A stretch of DNA of 64,000 nt from Octopus bimaculoides (lineage: Eukaryota), in NCBI RefSeq assembly GCF_001194135.2, contig NC_068981.1, positions 8,701,873 to 8,765,872 of the forward strand, given 5' to 3'. Positions 1-13,270 of this stretch are shown here, piece after piece. Position 1 is the stretch's first letter. Each line of letters opens with the position of its first letter. The notes beneath the pieces are model-generated. The model ran no database searches, was not told the DNA's origin, and worked only from the letters and a program-made list of their open reading frames with translations. The translations under genes were made by a program, and so were the position numbers.

Positions 1-256
1 ACACACACACATATATCTACATGTATATTTCGGCGTGTGTGTGTCTCTATTTATTGATGTGTCTACACGCGCGTGTTTGTGTGTATGTATGAGTGTGTCT
101 CTCATATCTGTTAAAACTTTTTCCTTGTTTCGATTCTCGTTCGTGCCAAATACAATTCCCCGTAGGTTGTCAACAGTTCAAGAGAGGCATGCACGCCACA
201 ACATGATCATATCTGTGTTGCAATAAAAACTGAATGACGAAGTTATTGAAATGGTA

Positions 257-320
257 TATCATCATCATCATCATTATCATCATCATCATCCTCATCATCC
301 TCATCATCATCATCATCATC
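257..320. repeat. (ATC)n microsatellite
   Basis: Direct reading; source of the poly-Met and poly-Ile ORFs 170-367 and 234-434. Confidence 0.95.
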
Positions 321-641
321 ATGTACCCCACACTAATAAATGGTAAACGAGGAGATTGTGGCATCATAGATTACAATGCCATGGCTTCATTTCTCTCTCG
401 GTGGGGTAAACACATTCTTATGATTTATCCTTAAACCATATTCTGATTATTTACCATTTCTCAAGGAAAGCAATCAGCAAGAATCAGAGCGCAGAGATAA
501 ACGGCGGCCCCGCGTTCTTTATTTCTTACTCTTTCACCCTCTACTACTAACCTACGTTATAGACTCCCCCTCTCTCTACCTCTCACTCACATATATAGGT
601 CATATATATAGGTCATACAAGCATACATCTGTGTATGTGTG

Positions 642-692
<51 letters not shown>

Positions 693-1185
693 NNNNNNNN
701 NNNNNNNNNNNNNNNNNNNNNNNNNNNNNNNNNNNNNNNNNNNNNNNNNNNNNNNNNNNNNNNNNNNNNNNNNNNNNNNNNNNNNNNNNNNNNNNNNNNN
801 NNNNNNNNNNNNNNNNNNNNNNNNNNNNNNNNNNNNNNNNNNNNNNNNNNNNNNNNNNNNNNNNNNNNNNNNNNNNNNNNNNNNNNNNNNNNNNNNNNNN
901 NNNNNNNNNNNNNNNNNNNNNNNNNNNNNNNNNNNNNNNNNNNNNNNNNNNNNNNNNNNNNNNNNNNNNNNNNNNNNNNNNNNNNNNNNNNNNNNNNNNN
1001 NNNNNNNNNNNNNNNNNNNNNNNNNNNNNNNNNNNNNNNNNNNNNNNNNNNNNNNNNNNNNNNNNNNNNNNNNNNNNNNNNNNNNNNNNNNNNNNNNNNN
1101 NNNNNNNNNNNNNNNNNNNNNNNNNNNNNNNNNNNNNNNNNNNNNNNNNNNNNNNNNNNNNNNNNNNNNNNNNNNNNNNNNNNNN

Positions 1186-1226
<41 letters not shown>

Positions 1227-1316
1227 ACACACAAAGGGTTTGAGGCGTATTTACTGACACTGAATTATAAGTATATTACTCTCTGCAAACCAATTTTTGT
1301 TTCTTTTAGATTTCCC

Positions 1317-2383
1317 ATGGCAGTTAAGATGCTAACATAAGAAGAAAAAACAAGAAAACATGCAGTCATTATTGCCAAATGTATGGAACACAGAAATTTA
1401 AAAATTTCCAGCTCTTTAAACGTTGCACGATTTTTGTACAAAAAGTTGAGATAAAATTGGAAGCCATTGGCAGGAATATTTCAATTGTATCACGGAGAAA
1501 AGCATTCTGTAAGGACACCCCGGTGCGTCGAACAGGTTCAAAACGTTTTTGATGACACTTCTCGAAAAATCAACGTGAATCATCAGCAAAGAACTTCAGG
1601 TACTGGAGTTGATTATCAGAACTGCGCACGAGGACATTCAGTTCAAGTCGTATGAACTGAGAAGCCAATTCATGTCTGCAAAGACACAGGGAAACGGTCT
1701 GATCCATGTAAAGCGATTACTTAGGGAGTTAAAATCCTTCACAATCATAGCATGCTTTGGTTCTTGCTTAATGTGAAAAACTTCAACCAAAAGTCTAAGA
1801 GAAGAAATGACCGATGTTTGTGTGCAGATCCTTCAGATGTCCCCAGAGTGACGCGCACTAAGTTTCCAGCAACTGAAATGGTTTTAGAATTGGTGAGTAA
1901 CGAAAGTCATCCTACCAACACACATCTTTCCTCAGAGTCTTAGAATTGATGTTGATGGAGAGATGAGGTGCTGGAGACAGTTGTTAAGCTCTGAATGAAT
2001 GAAGTACGCAATGGAAGGCTAAATGTATTTCAACAAAGCCCAAGAATAGACGTCAGATAAGCTTTACGATCTTGAAGCACCAAACTTGTGGCTTCCAGAT
2101 TTGCCATATTTAAATCCCATAGACTTCTACGTTTGGAGTTTTGGTGAAAGGGAGAATAACCGACATCTTCCACTGAAGGCTGCCATTGCCCAGGTGACGT
2201 CCGAAGTGAATAAGGACCTTTTAGCGCAGGCATGGCAACGATTCTGGTCTCACATTGAAACAGTCATCAAAGCCGAAGATAGATTCACAGAATAATCTTT
2301 GAAGAATGCTTATCAATCTTTGCGAGATTAGAGTTGTTTTATTAAATTAGCAAATATGTTCTCATACAACTCTCGCACCCTGT
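1317..2383 (+). mobile_element. Degenerate Tc1/mariner (maT/DD37D-like) transposon, transposase pseudogene
   Basis: Frameshifted pieces read MAVKMLT..HAVII, RTPRCVEQVQN, KNFNQ..RRNDRCLCADPSDVPRV.RTKFPATEMVL.LVSNE, FQQ and LNPIDFYVW..ERENNRH...IETVIKAEDRFTE*. The right end is CGCACCCTGT (2374-2383). Family assignment is from motif memory. Confidence 0.85.
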
Positions 2384-2450
2384 TTGCATGGGCGTATATA
2401 TGCGTGTATGTATGCATGTATATACTTATACATACATATATCATAAAGAA

Positions 2451-2497
<47 letters not shown>

Positions 2498-2746
2498 CTG
2501 GCAGACAAATAGATATACAAGTGCATATATAAACACATACACACAAATATACATACACACATACATACATACACCCACAAATACAAACGCACACAAGCAC
2601 ATATGTGTGTAAATAAAAATTACATAAATGTTTAATAAGAGAGTTTGTGTACACAGATGCATGCATATATCATTATGCATATCTATTTGTGTCTATGTAT
2701 ATATGCATGTGTATTGATGTATCTTTTATGCATATTTATTGGTGTG

Positions 2747-2789
<43 letters not shown>

Positions 2790-4065
2790 NNNNNNNNNNN
2801 NNNNNNNNNNNNNNNNNNNNNNNNNNNNNNNNNNNNNNNNNNNNNNNNNNNNNNNNNNNNNNNNNNNNNNNNNNNNNNNNNNNNNNNNNNNNNNNNNNNN
2901 NNNNNNNNNNNNNNNNNNNNNNNNNNNNNNNNNNNNNNNNNNNNNNNNNNNNNNNNNNNNNNNNNNNNNNNNNNNNNNNNNNNNNNNNNNNNNNNNNNNN
3001 NNNNNNNNNNNNNNNNNNNNNNNNNNNNNNNNNNNNNNNNNNNNNNNNNNNNNNNNNNNNNNNNNNNNNNNNNNNNNNNNNNNNNNNNNNNNNNNNNNNN
3101 NNNNNNNNNNNNNNNNNNNNNNNNNNNNNNNNNNNNNNNNNNNNNNNNNNNNNNNNNNNNNNNNNNNNNNNNNNNNNNNNNNNNNNNNNNNNNNNNNNNN
3201 NNNNNNNNNNNNNNNNNNNNNNNNNNNNNNNNNNNNNNNNNNNNNNNNNNNNNNNNNNNNNNNNNNNNNNNNNNNNNNNNNNNNNNNNNNNNNNNNNNNN
3301 NNNNNNNNNNNNNNNNNNNNNNNNNNNNNNNNNNNNNNNNNNNNNNNNNNNNNNNNNNNNNNNNNNNNNNNNNNNNNNNNNNNNNNNNNNNNNNNNNNNN
3401 NNNNNNNNNNNNNNNNNNNNNNNNNNNNNNNNNNNNNNNNNNNNNNNNTACATACACATACATATTTACACACGTACACATATGGTGTGTGCATGTATAT
3501 AAATATGTGGATATATTTAAACAAAAAGAAAACGTTCATTTTTTTTATGACATCCTATTTTTAGTCAGTGAATTATCTCAAATCTATCTTTAACGTTACG
3601 ATGCTATGTAAGATGTCTACCAGATACTTTGATTCTAAGAAGGAGCCCCTCAAAACGTTTATTCCTCGCTATAACCATCCAGGAAAATGACAATAAATGC
3701 TTGACACATCACTAAGAACTTTTCCCAGATGACTTTTACTTTAATAATAGAATTTACGCAGAGAGAGAAACCACAGCTGTTCGTTTCTTTATTATTAATT
3801 CATCAACGATGTCTTCCCGAACCAGCAGACGATCGTTGAAACAGTAGCCGTTAGGTGAGTAGTATTGGATGGATAAATGGATAGATGCTGTTGTGGAAGG
3901 ATTCCGACCACCCCACGAGTGATTAAAGGATGTATGTTGGATATATAACATGCATACACAGTTAGATAGGACGTAGGCTTGGGGTAGACAGGCAGACAGA
4001 CAGACAGGTAGATAGATAGGCAGACAGACAGACAGATGGATAGATAGGTAGACAGAGAGACAGAC

Positions 4066-4113
<48 letters not shown>

Positions 4114-4454
4114 TAAAAAATCAGTGCTATAGGTTGGCCATTATCGAGACGCAGTGAATTACTGTAAGAATTATTAGCAATCTCTTTGACCTCAACAAGG
4201 GTTGCCATTTGTCGTTGTTAGTAAACTTCAAAAATAATGGTCGAACAACCTGGAATCATCTTGACCTCTTATTTGAAATTAAAGGCCTACTTTTTGAAGT
4301 CAATGTTGCCTGGTGGTTACGTCACATGCTCATGCTGGTTGGAGGGGTGTAGTGAAACGTTATGTTATTGCCTGTGAACTGCTTGACTGAAACTGCTTTC
4401 CTGGTGGGGATATAGAAACAAAAGCTTAAGGACGACGAACAACGATTTGTAAGT

Positions 4455-4505
<51 letters not shown>

Positions 4506-4610
4506 CGCGCGCATATAAGAGTGCATGTGTGTATGTGTGTATGTGAGTGTGTATAATTATGCGTGTGCATATGTATAAGTGATGTTGATGAAAGTAAGAA
4601 ATAAGAAAAC

Positions 4611-4651
4611 AATGTATAAGTTTCGGTTTTATTAAACCTCTTCAGTAAAAC
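4611..4651 (-). ncRNA. Minimal type I hammerhead ribozyme motif, stems I and III degenerate
   Basis: Minus strand reads GUUUUA-CUGAAGA-GGUUU-AAUA-AAACC-GAAAC-UUA-UACA. Core intact and 5-bp stem II perfect. Confidence 0.6.
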
Positions 4652-6079
4652 AAACTATTTACTCGAGTAGAATGGCGGGCCCTTTTCCTTTTGCACCTAA
4701 AAGTCAGTAATATATTCGATTCCTTCGTTATAATTTTACACTCCTGATATGATATTACCTACAATATTGTACCTGCTGGGAAGGCAAAGAGTTGGCAGCA
4801 ACATCAACATCAACAGGGTATTTTGTACTAAACAAAACTTTTTTCCTGAAGCATGCAAAGGTTCGTGAAACCAAGATAAAATTATTCGAAGAACGAAAAA
4901 CTGAATATCAACATATCGATATGTCCATTCATTCTTAATGTTAAGAATGGGTGAACACTTGAACGTGAATGTGGTCCATCGCCCAAAGGTCGGGTGTCCT
5001 AGTTGTCCATTTTATGCTTATACACATTGTCGTTCACCGATACGCCACCCAACAGCGAACAACCATATTCAAACCCGAAATTGGAGGGACGCCATTCCTT
5101 TCGTATTTTCCTCATTCCTAAAAGAAACCGGAAAATGTAGAACAGGCAACAACAGCCGTGATTCTTCGGTTACTCGTGCTTCTTTGTCTTCTGTTGGTGA
5201 GATCGGGGGTGTGGGGTTGGTGTGGAGATTTGGTTTTGCCACGCTGGTGTATGTCTTCGTCTTTGTGGGGGAAGGGCATGAGTGGAAGTACTAAATCTTA
5301 AAAAAGGAAAACATAGGGCGCGCAACATGTTGTCATACTTGGCTCAAGTATAATTTGTGTCTTTTAACGTAAACCAGCAACACTAAGAGACATGTGCATG
5401 GCAACACAGCAACTTGAGGATTAATTTCAAAATGGAAAATATAGTAAAAGAAAAAGTCGACACCAAGCCAACGTTGGCGACAGCGACGAAGACGCCGATA
5501 ACAACAATAACAACACCAACAACAGTAGTCGGGGCTGTCATTTATTTTTGCTGATAAGAAGCTAGCAACAACTGAAACCCAATTATTTTATTCAATTCTT
5601 GTGGCTACTGTGGTTTACTGAATTATTAAGATTAAGTAAACTTAATGTTGTACAACTAATACTTGAAAACGGAATGCTTTTCTGTGTCATTGAATGTGTC
5701 CATTATCGCCATTAAAGTGAGATATTCATAAATAAACAGCTTCAAATTATTCCTCTTTCTTTTCATTAGTTCCAACAAAATGAAACTGCGTGTCTTAATT
5801 AATAATATTAATCATTATTTCTTATTTAATTTACTTGTTTCGTTAAGTTGTTGTACGCTGAATTTAACCCCAGATGTTAGACGAGAAAAAAAGCTATCGT
5901 TGAAAATATTCTACTTTCGTGTAGAATCAGTCACTTTTTTTCATCAAAGATCTTCATGCGTTAAGCCTTCGTATAGTCGTCTCTATTACTACACCAGTTA
6001 TTACAACGGGTCCTCGTCCCTCAGTATGGGTTGCATTTAAACTACATTAACTAAAACATTTTAGTATAACGATTGTTTC

Positions 6080-7017
6080 ATTGAAAACACCGGAAACTTT
6101 TATTTGACATATGAATATAAGTACTAACATAGATTGATATTTCCTGTTCCTGGATTGCAAACGCATACCCTTCAAAGAGGGTGGTAGTAATCCGGTTGTT
6201 GGCCCATGCTAGACTTCTCTGATGATCGATGTTACTATCATCTCGAAGCTTTCTACTAATATATCCATTCTTTGTCTTCTGCTCATATACGCTCATCCTT
6301 TCATCTGATGATACATTGCGGTAGTCATGCGACTTCTTTGGAAATGTCTTCTAGGTTATCAGACAAGGAATGCTACTTAAGGAGCTGCCTTCCAAGTCTT
6401 ATGATGTTATCAGCCTAAAGTATGCAAACTTGGTCAAGGGATGCACTTCGACACTTGGTGGTTAATAGATGTTACCGAAGGGATACGATACGACATTCAA
6501 GGGCAATTTGGGTCGATGTTAAGCCTTATTTTCGTTTTAGGTAGAGGCAGTATGCTGGTTAGTATCATCGGAATTTTCAAATCAATGGATCGGATCTCGC
6601 CAAGCGTCCAATCAAGCTGCCCAAATGTTGGTATGAGTACTGGTACTGCAAACACATTGTGAGCCACTGTTATATTGAATGCAGAGAATTCCGAGGTCTA
6701 AATATTCTTTATTCGGCTGTAATATTCTTTAGTGACATTTGTTTTGTGGTAGGTGCCATTGTAAGATATGCTTTCATCCACCCTTAGATACCTGTAACAT
6801 TCCTCATCAGATACAGGGCAAACAGTTAAGCCATTGATGTTGCTACTCTGGTTTACACTTTTCCTCTTTTCACAGTTATATAGCAACATTCTTCCTGACC
6901 AAATTCTAGCTCTATATCCTTTAAGAATGTTGTAACCAGGTCAAGGTTCTTTTTTATTTCATGCATATTCTTTGCATATAATTTCCAGTCATCCACAAAG
7001 AAACGGTGTGTAATATA
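6080..7017 (-). mobile_element. R4/Dong-like LINE fragment (RT catalytic region to thumb/linker)
   Basis: Minus strand reads ITHRFFVDDWKLYAKNMHEIKKNLDLVTTF, PVSDEECYRYLRVDESISY, AVPVLIPTFGQLDWTL and FEGYAFAIQEQEIS. It closely matches the plus-strand copy at 35450-35890. Confidence 0.88.
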
Positions 7018-7039
7018 TGTGTGTTTGTATGACGTTATT

Positions 7040-7800
7040 TAGTAATTTCAAGATGTCTTGCTAATAGAGTAAGAACCGGTTTCTAACCTAGATCCAAGGT
7101 TCCTTCATTGGAAGTTGAACAATATCAACAGGGGCTTGTATGTATGCATGTATGTATGTATGTATGTATGTATGTATGTATGTGTTTGTGTGTGTATGTA
7201 TGTGTGTGTATGTATGTATATGTGTGTGTATATGTGTATGTGTGCATGTATGTATGTATCTATGTATGTATGTAGATTGGAATTTCAACATCAACAGGGT
7301 ATTTTGTGTGATTGTATGTATGTGTGCAGATTTGTATGTTTTGCTTTATATATATATTCTCATACACATAGTTGCATATCTAGACATACTCAAATATACT
7401 TAAATGATTAACTTCAAGAAAGATTTACAGATTCTTACAATTCCAGTGATAGCTTGCATCTGTATTCTTCAAATCAGCTTTTTCTTTCCTAGTTTTGAGA
7501 AGCCTAATTTCTCAAGATTGGTACTTAGGCAATGCAACATATCCCAGTGCTCCAATAATTCCAGGTATAAACCTGAACTTGTAATCCAGATAGAGTAAAT
7601 GTAGATTTCTTAATAGTTCAGCGTAGGCATTTTCTTTACCACTGATCTTTGTTAACATTTGCTGGGCGGCTGATTTCAAGGATTGTACACAGTTTCTCTT
7701 CTCTAACCCAAATCATTATATCAGGTCTATTTCGCTTACATTTTATTGAGGCTTTCCCTGGGACATTGCACCAGTACTCCTTATTATAAGTAACCTATGA
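7040..7800 (-). mobile_element. R4/Dong-like LINE 3' end (restriction-like endonuclease and 3' UTR)
   Basis: Minus strand reads NKEYWCNVP..SIKCKRNRPDIMIWVREEKLCTILEIS, YAELLRNLHLLYLDYKFRFIP.IIGALGYV (PD-(D/E)xK region). The 3' UTR is interrupted by a (TATG)n array. Confidence 0.85.
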
Positions 7801-7893
7801 CCTCTATCATACTGTGGCTTCTTATTTCTTTCACCTCAGGGTTATCCTTCCGACGTATCACATTATACAGTATCTGTCTGTTTGTCTGTCACA

Positions 7894-7940
<47 letters not shown>

Positions 7941-7943
7941 GTA

Positions 7944-7974
<31 letters not shown>

Positions 7975-8239
7975 ATATGTGTGTGTATATATGTGCGTAT
8001 GTATCTTTGTATCTATGCATTTGTATGCGCGCGGCAATATGTGTTTGTGTGTATGCATGTATGTATGTAGGTATATATGTATGTGTACGCACACATATAT
8101 GGCCGCGGACGTCCGCCCTTTGACAGGTTTTGCTTTTTGTCCTGCGGGTTGTCTACCGAAAACTCAAACCCGACTCCTTACTAAACAGGTTTGGCAGGGT
8201 TGTCGGTTTAATCGCCGACTAAACAACAATTAGAGATTT

Positions 8240-8520
8240 AGAAGAGATAAAGTTTGGAGGTGATAAAGAGATCAAAGACTGTTTAGGATTTCAGTGTGTC
8301 GATAATCTGTTGGGCGGGGGTGGGGGTGTAAAGGGTGAAGAAAGTTGAGGATCGGAAAAGATTCGGTTTCTTCACTGACAGCTTTATACGGCGAACGAAT
8401 GTGAGAAGAACAAGAAATGTGGAAGCGAGCGTCGGTTGTGAGTTTGGAAACGGGTGAACTATAAGAAATATGTCTTTAATGCAAGACGAGATATTGTCCA
8501 AAAATGTGTTAGTTTCAACA
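8240..8520 (-). mobile_element. Possible Penelope-like RT remnant
   Basis: Weak resemblance of NTFLDNISS...RRIKLS...TFF...IIDTL to the C-terminal part of PLE RT (FLD...RRLCS...FF...YP..II). Confidence 0.3.
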
Positions 8521-8524
8521 GTTA

Positions 8525-8565
<41 letters not shown>

Positions 8566-9119
8566 GAGAACGAGAGAGGGAGAGAGAGAGAGAGAGGGGC
8601 AGGGAGAGAGAGAGAGAGGGAGAGAGGGAGAGGGAGNNNNNNNNNNNNNNNNNNNNNNNNNNNNNNNNNNNNNNNNNNNNNNNNGAGAGAGAGAGGGAGA
8701 GAGAGAGAGAGAGAGAGGGGGAGAGAGAGAGAGAGGGAGAGAGAGAGAGGGAGAGAGAGAGAAAGGGTACAGATACTTTGGAGTAAAAGGAGGAAGGAGA
8801 CTTTGAGCCAAAGTAAATGAGGTGTGGGATGAATAACGGGGAGGGTGGAGTCTATGTAAGTGCAGACATAACTTATTTCACTGCAAGCTTTTAATTGCAC
8901 TAAATTCCACATATTTTAGTCCACCGAGATTAAGTAGCAGAACATTTAAAGTTATCGAATTAATTAAATGCCTGGGAATTAACTAATTATTTATGTAAGT
9001 ATATGAGATTAATGGTAAAAAGAAAGTCTTATGTTCACTTTTAGTCAGTGGTGGTGATGGTGGTGGTTGTGTAGTCTCATTGTGTGGTGGTTGAATTCAA
9101 CAACGCATCAACATGTACA

Positions 9120-9260
9120 GTTCATTTGATGGGCTTCTGTACAGTTTCCTTGACATTCCTTTGAACAACCTGAAGTTATGATAGAAGACTCTTTCTCGAA
9201 ATGTTGAGCAACAGGATCGATCTCTAGAACCTCATAACTCGGAGATGACAATACTCGCGT
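9120..9260 (-). mobile_element. Degenerate SINE fragment
   Basis: Contains GGGCTTCTGTACAGTTTCC and ATAGAAGAC, similar to the SINE copies at 28133 and 42361. Confidence 0.4.
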
Positions 9261-9489
9261 TCAGTTGACAGTGACAGTGACATCTCCTATGGAAGGCCAA
9301 CGTCTTCTTTTTCATCCACTTCACGTTATGGAACCTGGAGATAAAAACATCCGCAATGTTTCTTTATGTTTCGGGAAAGAATTATTTTCCCTTTTTTTAA
9401 AATTGTTTTTCGTTGAGGCGCGGCTGAAATTTAACCTTTCAAGTGAGAAGTCACTGAAGCGGAACAAGAAATCTTGGTATTTTAAATGT

Positions 9490-9960
9490 TGTCAAACATA
9501 GTCTAGTGCAAGTCAGGTGAGAAGACCGCCTTTTTCGAATACCTGACACGCAACTCCCCAAAAGACTGTTTTATAACAAACTGGTGGGAGGCAAGCGCAC
9601 GCAAGGTGGACAGAAAAAAACGTTTCAAGGATATACTCAAAGCCTCACTGGAGTGCTTTGAGATCAACCCCAAAATATGGGGAAGGCAAGCACAAAACTG
9701 TGCTGCCTGGTGAAGCTGCACCAACAGAGGTGCCACCTCCTACACCCGGAACAGGGTCGAAAGAACACAAAGAAAACGCGAACTACGCAAATCCAGATCC
9801 AACTCCTTGCCTTCATTCCCAGCAGACCACCTGTGCCTGATCTGTAGCAGAGCCTTCAGAGCACACATCGGACTGATTGGCCACAGACGGACACACCGTG
9901 CCCTGTTTTCTTTACCCATATGATGTCCTTTGTCATCGTCGACAACGACGGATGTATTAA
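9490..9960 (+). mobile_element. RTE (BovB-like) LINE 3' end
   Basis: Reads IPDTQLPKRLFYNKLVGGKRTQGGQ/KRFKDILKASL and the terminal zinc finger CLICSRAFRAHIGLIGHRRTH (9835-9897). Ends in CATCGTCGACAACGACGGA, typical of RTE 3' ends. Confidence 0.9.
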
Positions 9961-10203
9961 TAATAATGGCTTCATGACCGACATAGTAAGTCTCGGAGTT
10001 TCGCCTGTATGATCAGGTTGCCAGCTTTCCTTCTCGTCCAAATACTTATATATGATAGATAACAATCCTATCTATATCTCATCGGTGTCGATGACTGTAT
10101 CCAAATAAAAGATATCTGAAGTGTGTAATTAATAATGGATGAATGTTTGTATGCAGAGAAGAAAATGAAACAATATTTTCGAGAGTAATAAATAATAACA
10201 AAC

Positions 10204-10281
<78 letters not shown>

Positions 10282-10703
10282 AAATTATTGATAGCAATGA
10301 GTGGCAGATCCCGATAAACATAAACTCTGTCGATGAGACCACTAAGATTTCTGTAAACATGACAAATGGAATGATTGCTTTGATAATAGCAACAGCTGCG
10401 AGTTCACTACCGAAGACAAATACCAGAAGGTTTGCACATGGTGGTGCAAAAATAAAAAGGAAGAAAGAAATCAATAAGCACAGGATGGTCACCTGCACAA
10501 AACAGGCGACAGCGCTGGTCGTTGATGAGATTATTTTTATTTTTATCTTTACTTCTCCTGTCGCTTTGTTAGCAGTTGCAGGCGACAACATTTCTGTCCG
10601 CTGTCGTTTGGAAGCAATTCTCTTTTATTCTCGCCTGGAACCATAGAAAATCGTCGATGAAAGAAATAAACTCATCGAACTGCTCATTACTTGCTACACA
10701 TAT

Positions 10704-10756
<53 letters not shown>

Positions 10757-11199
10757 TTCACTCTCTCTTTCTCTGTCCATCTCTCCCTCTCAGTCTTCCC
10801 TTTTCTCTCTATTCTCTTTTTCTCTCTATTCTCCTTTTCTCTTCTCTTCTCTCTATTCTCTTTTTCTCTCTATTCTCCTTTTCTCTTCTCTTCTCTCTCT
10901 CTCTCTCTCTGATTCCATTTAGCTGCCACCGTAAATAGACGCCATCTTAGCCCCATCTCACCGCTGTCAATAAAGTCAGCAGTGTGGATTGCATGAGTGC
11001 TTCGTTGGTTTATGATGCAGTGTCGATAGTTTCTGCCTGAGAGGTGCAGAAAGCAACGAGGAAAATTGTTTAGCTTACCTCAAACTGAAAATCGGGACAT
11101 CGGTGACATAACTTCGACGTAAACGGTTACAAAGACAAGACGTTCAATAAGTTATAAGCTAATGAATTATGGGTAATTTTATAGACACCTTATTCTAAA

Positions 11200-11750
11200 C
11201 CCGACAAAAAAAATCAATATATGTAACGAGAAGCTACTTTTTATGATGAATATTTCTCTTCCAAGTCTCTCTTGAAAAAAGTCAGCCCATATCGAGCTTG
11301 GTTCGCATGGAGTTATTGTCCTCTCGAAATACTCGTTGAGGAATTCTTCACATGATCCCATGATCTTATTACCTTCACAGGTGACCCTACACGTCATGTA
11401 TTTATTTCTCTTTTTACTGTTCAATTGGTGTTGTTTAAGAGAGACGATGATGTACCCAAAGGCTGTGTGGACTGATCTTCTGCCTCTCTACCTCCATCCA
11501 TTCGTTTAACATGAATCCTGTCGGTGTCACTACCAGCTGTCTCTAGTATCTTCCCGAGTCCTTAGATCCAAGTTGCACATTTCTTCAAGTGTCCAGTCTG
11601 GTATTCCAAATGTTGGTACAAGCAATGTTTCTTCGTTTTGCCACAAAATATGAAAACTTATCCTGTACAAACTCCATTCTGCGAGAATATCGTGACCAGT
11701 TCCGTTTCTTGGTATCATGACTATTACTTGAGTATAACATAAGGTCATCA
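11200..11750 (-). mobile_element. R4/Dong-like LINE fragment (post-RT region)
   Basis: Reads LLVPTFGIPDWTLEEMCNLDLRTR, SDTDRIHVKRMDGG and SLKQHQLNSKKRNKY. Same family as the 6080-7017 and 34390-35905 fragments. Confidence 0.75.
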
Positions 11751-12059
11751 TCAAAAAAAGTATGGATGAAGTTAATATTTCTCTAATCTGCCGATTCTTT
11801 TATGTAGCTTTAATATTTCCTTAACGGAGGGGTCACTGCTAGGACGAAAAACGTAACAGATAAACCGCATAGTCTACAGTCCCTGGCTATTGGCTATAAG
11901 GCATTATCAGGCTTATCTGCAATTGCGTACATACGTATGTATGGTTATAAGCTTATATGTTTATATGTTAGATGTTATGTGTACATATATGATATATATG
12001 TGCATACACATGTATATTTTTATATTTATAGGTATGTATGTTAATATGTTTTCTTGGCT

Positions 12060-12150
12060 TTATTATTTGAATTTCTGCCCAATGAAGAAAGAGTCAATTT
12101 CTAACTTAGATACAAGATTCCTTCATTGGAATTTAGACAAAATCAAACAG
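12060..12150 (-). mobile_element. 3'-terminal piece of the same LINE family as 7040-7135
   Basis: TTTCTAACTTAGATACAAGATTCCTTCATTGGAA here matches TTTCTAACCTAGATCCAAGGTTCCTTCATTGGAA at 7079-7112. Confidence 0.7.
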
Positions 12151-13129
12151 GTTAGTTTAGTATGTACGTATGCATGTATGTATGTATGTATGTATGTATG
12201 TACGTACGAACGTATGTATGTATGTATGTATGTATGTATGTATGTATGTATGTATGTATGTATGCACGCACGCCCACATGCATGTATGTATGTATGTGGA
12301 CGGGCTGTAGATCTATACACGATTTTTTTACGAAGCTGAGATACAGCTGGATTTAGAAACATTCTTAGCTGATAATGGATGGAATTTCGCCAAAAGAAAT
12401 GTTTATATTTGCCAGTTGAATGTCGAATAATTGTTTTTCAACCCCGAAACTTTTAAATCCCTAAACTTGTGAACCCACACACTGTTTCACCCAATCAGAA
12501 CTATAACTACCAAGCTATTGATAAAATATATATGATACAAAGAAAATTAATATATATATATATATATTATACATGTTGAGGTGTGAGGAATTTCATGCTG
12601 GAACTTTTTAAGAAAAAGGATGGCAGTCGGAGTTTTTCTTTTACAACGAGGTAATATCCTACAATGCATTTAAAACATCAACACTAATTTCGATAATGAA
12701 CTGGTCTATGGAGGAAATCTGCTCCATAGACAATAAAACTCACAAGATACCGACATCAGCTGCAAATTACCATTGAAACTGTGATAATGACAGACTTTGA
12801 GAAGAAAAGAGAGGGAGGAAAAGGACGAAGGTCAATACAGACAGTGTATAACTGCACTCTGACATCACTCGGGCGTCACTGGCAAACAGTAAAAGCAACA
12901 AATATAAAGACATTAAATTAGGCTCGGGAACAGGAGACGATGGGGAGGAGCAAGTGCAACTGCTAACCCCCCCCCCTTTTTTTTTGGTAGGGTTGGAGTT
13001 ATGAAAATTCTTTGAATATCCTCCTGGAAAACTTCATCACTAAAACGAACAAATGTAGAAACATTTTTGGACTGGTTTGAAACATTACTTTCCGATTATT
13101 GGATTTATCTGATTGCATTAATCTATAAA

Positions 13130-13130
13130 T

Positions 13131-13177
<47 letters not shown>

Positions 13178-13208
13178 AATGATGATGATGACGATCATGA
13201 TGATGATG

Positions 13209-13240
<32 letters not shown>
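13130..13240. repeat. (GAT)n microsatellite
   Basis: Direct reading; produces the poly-Asp tract of ORF 13067-13996. Confidence 0.95.
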
Positions 13241-13270
13241 AGGAATGAAATAAAAAATCGAAAAGAGCAT

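Noticed and set aside
10079-10646. Overlapping 167-170-aa ORFs, one hydrophobic and membrane-protein-like
   Set aside because: Both include the (GA)n tract, show no recognisable domain, and have no convincing splice signals.
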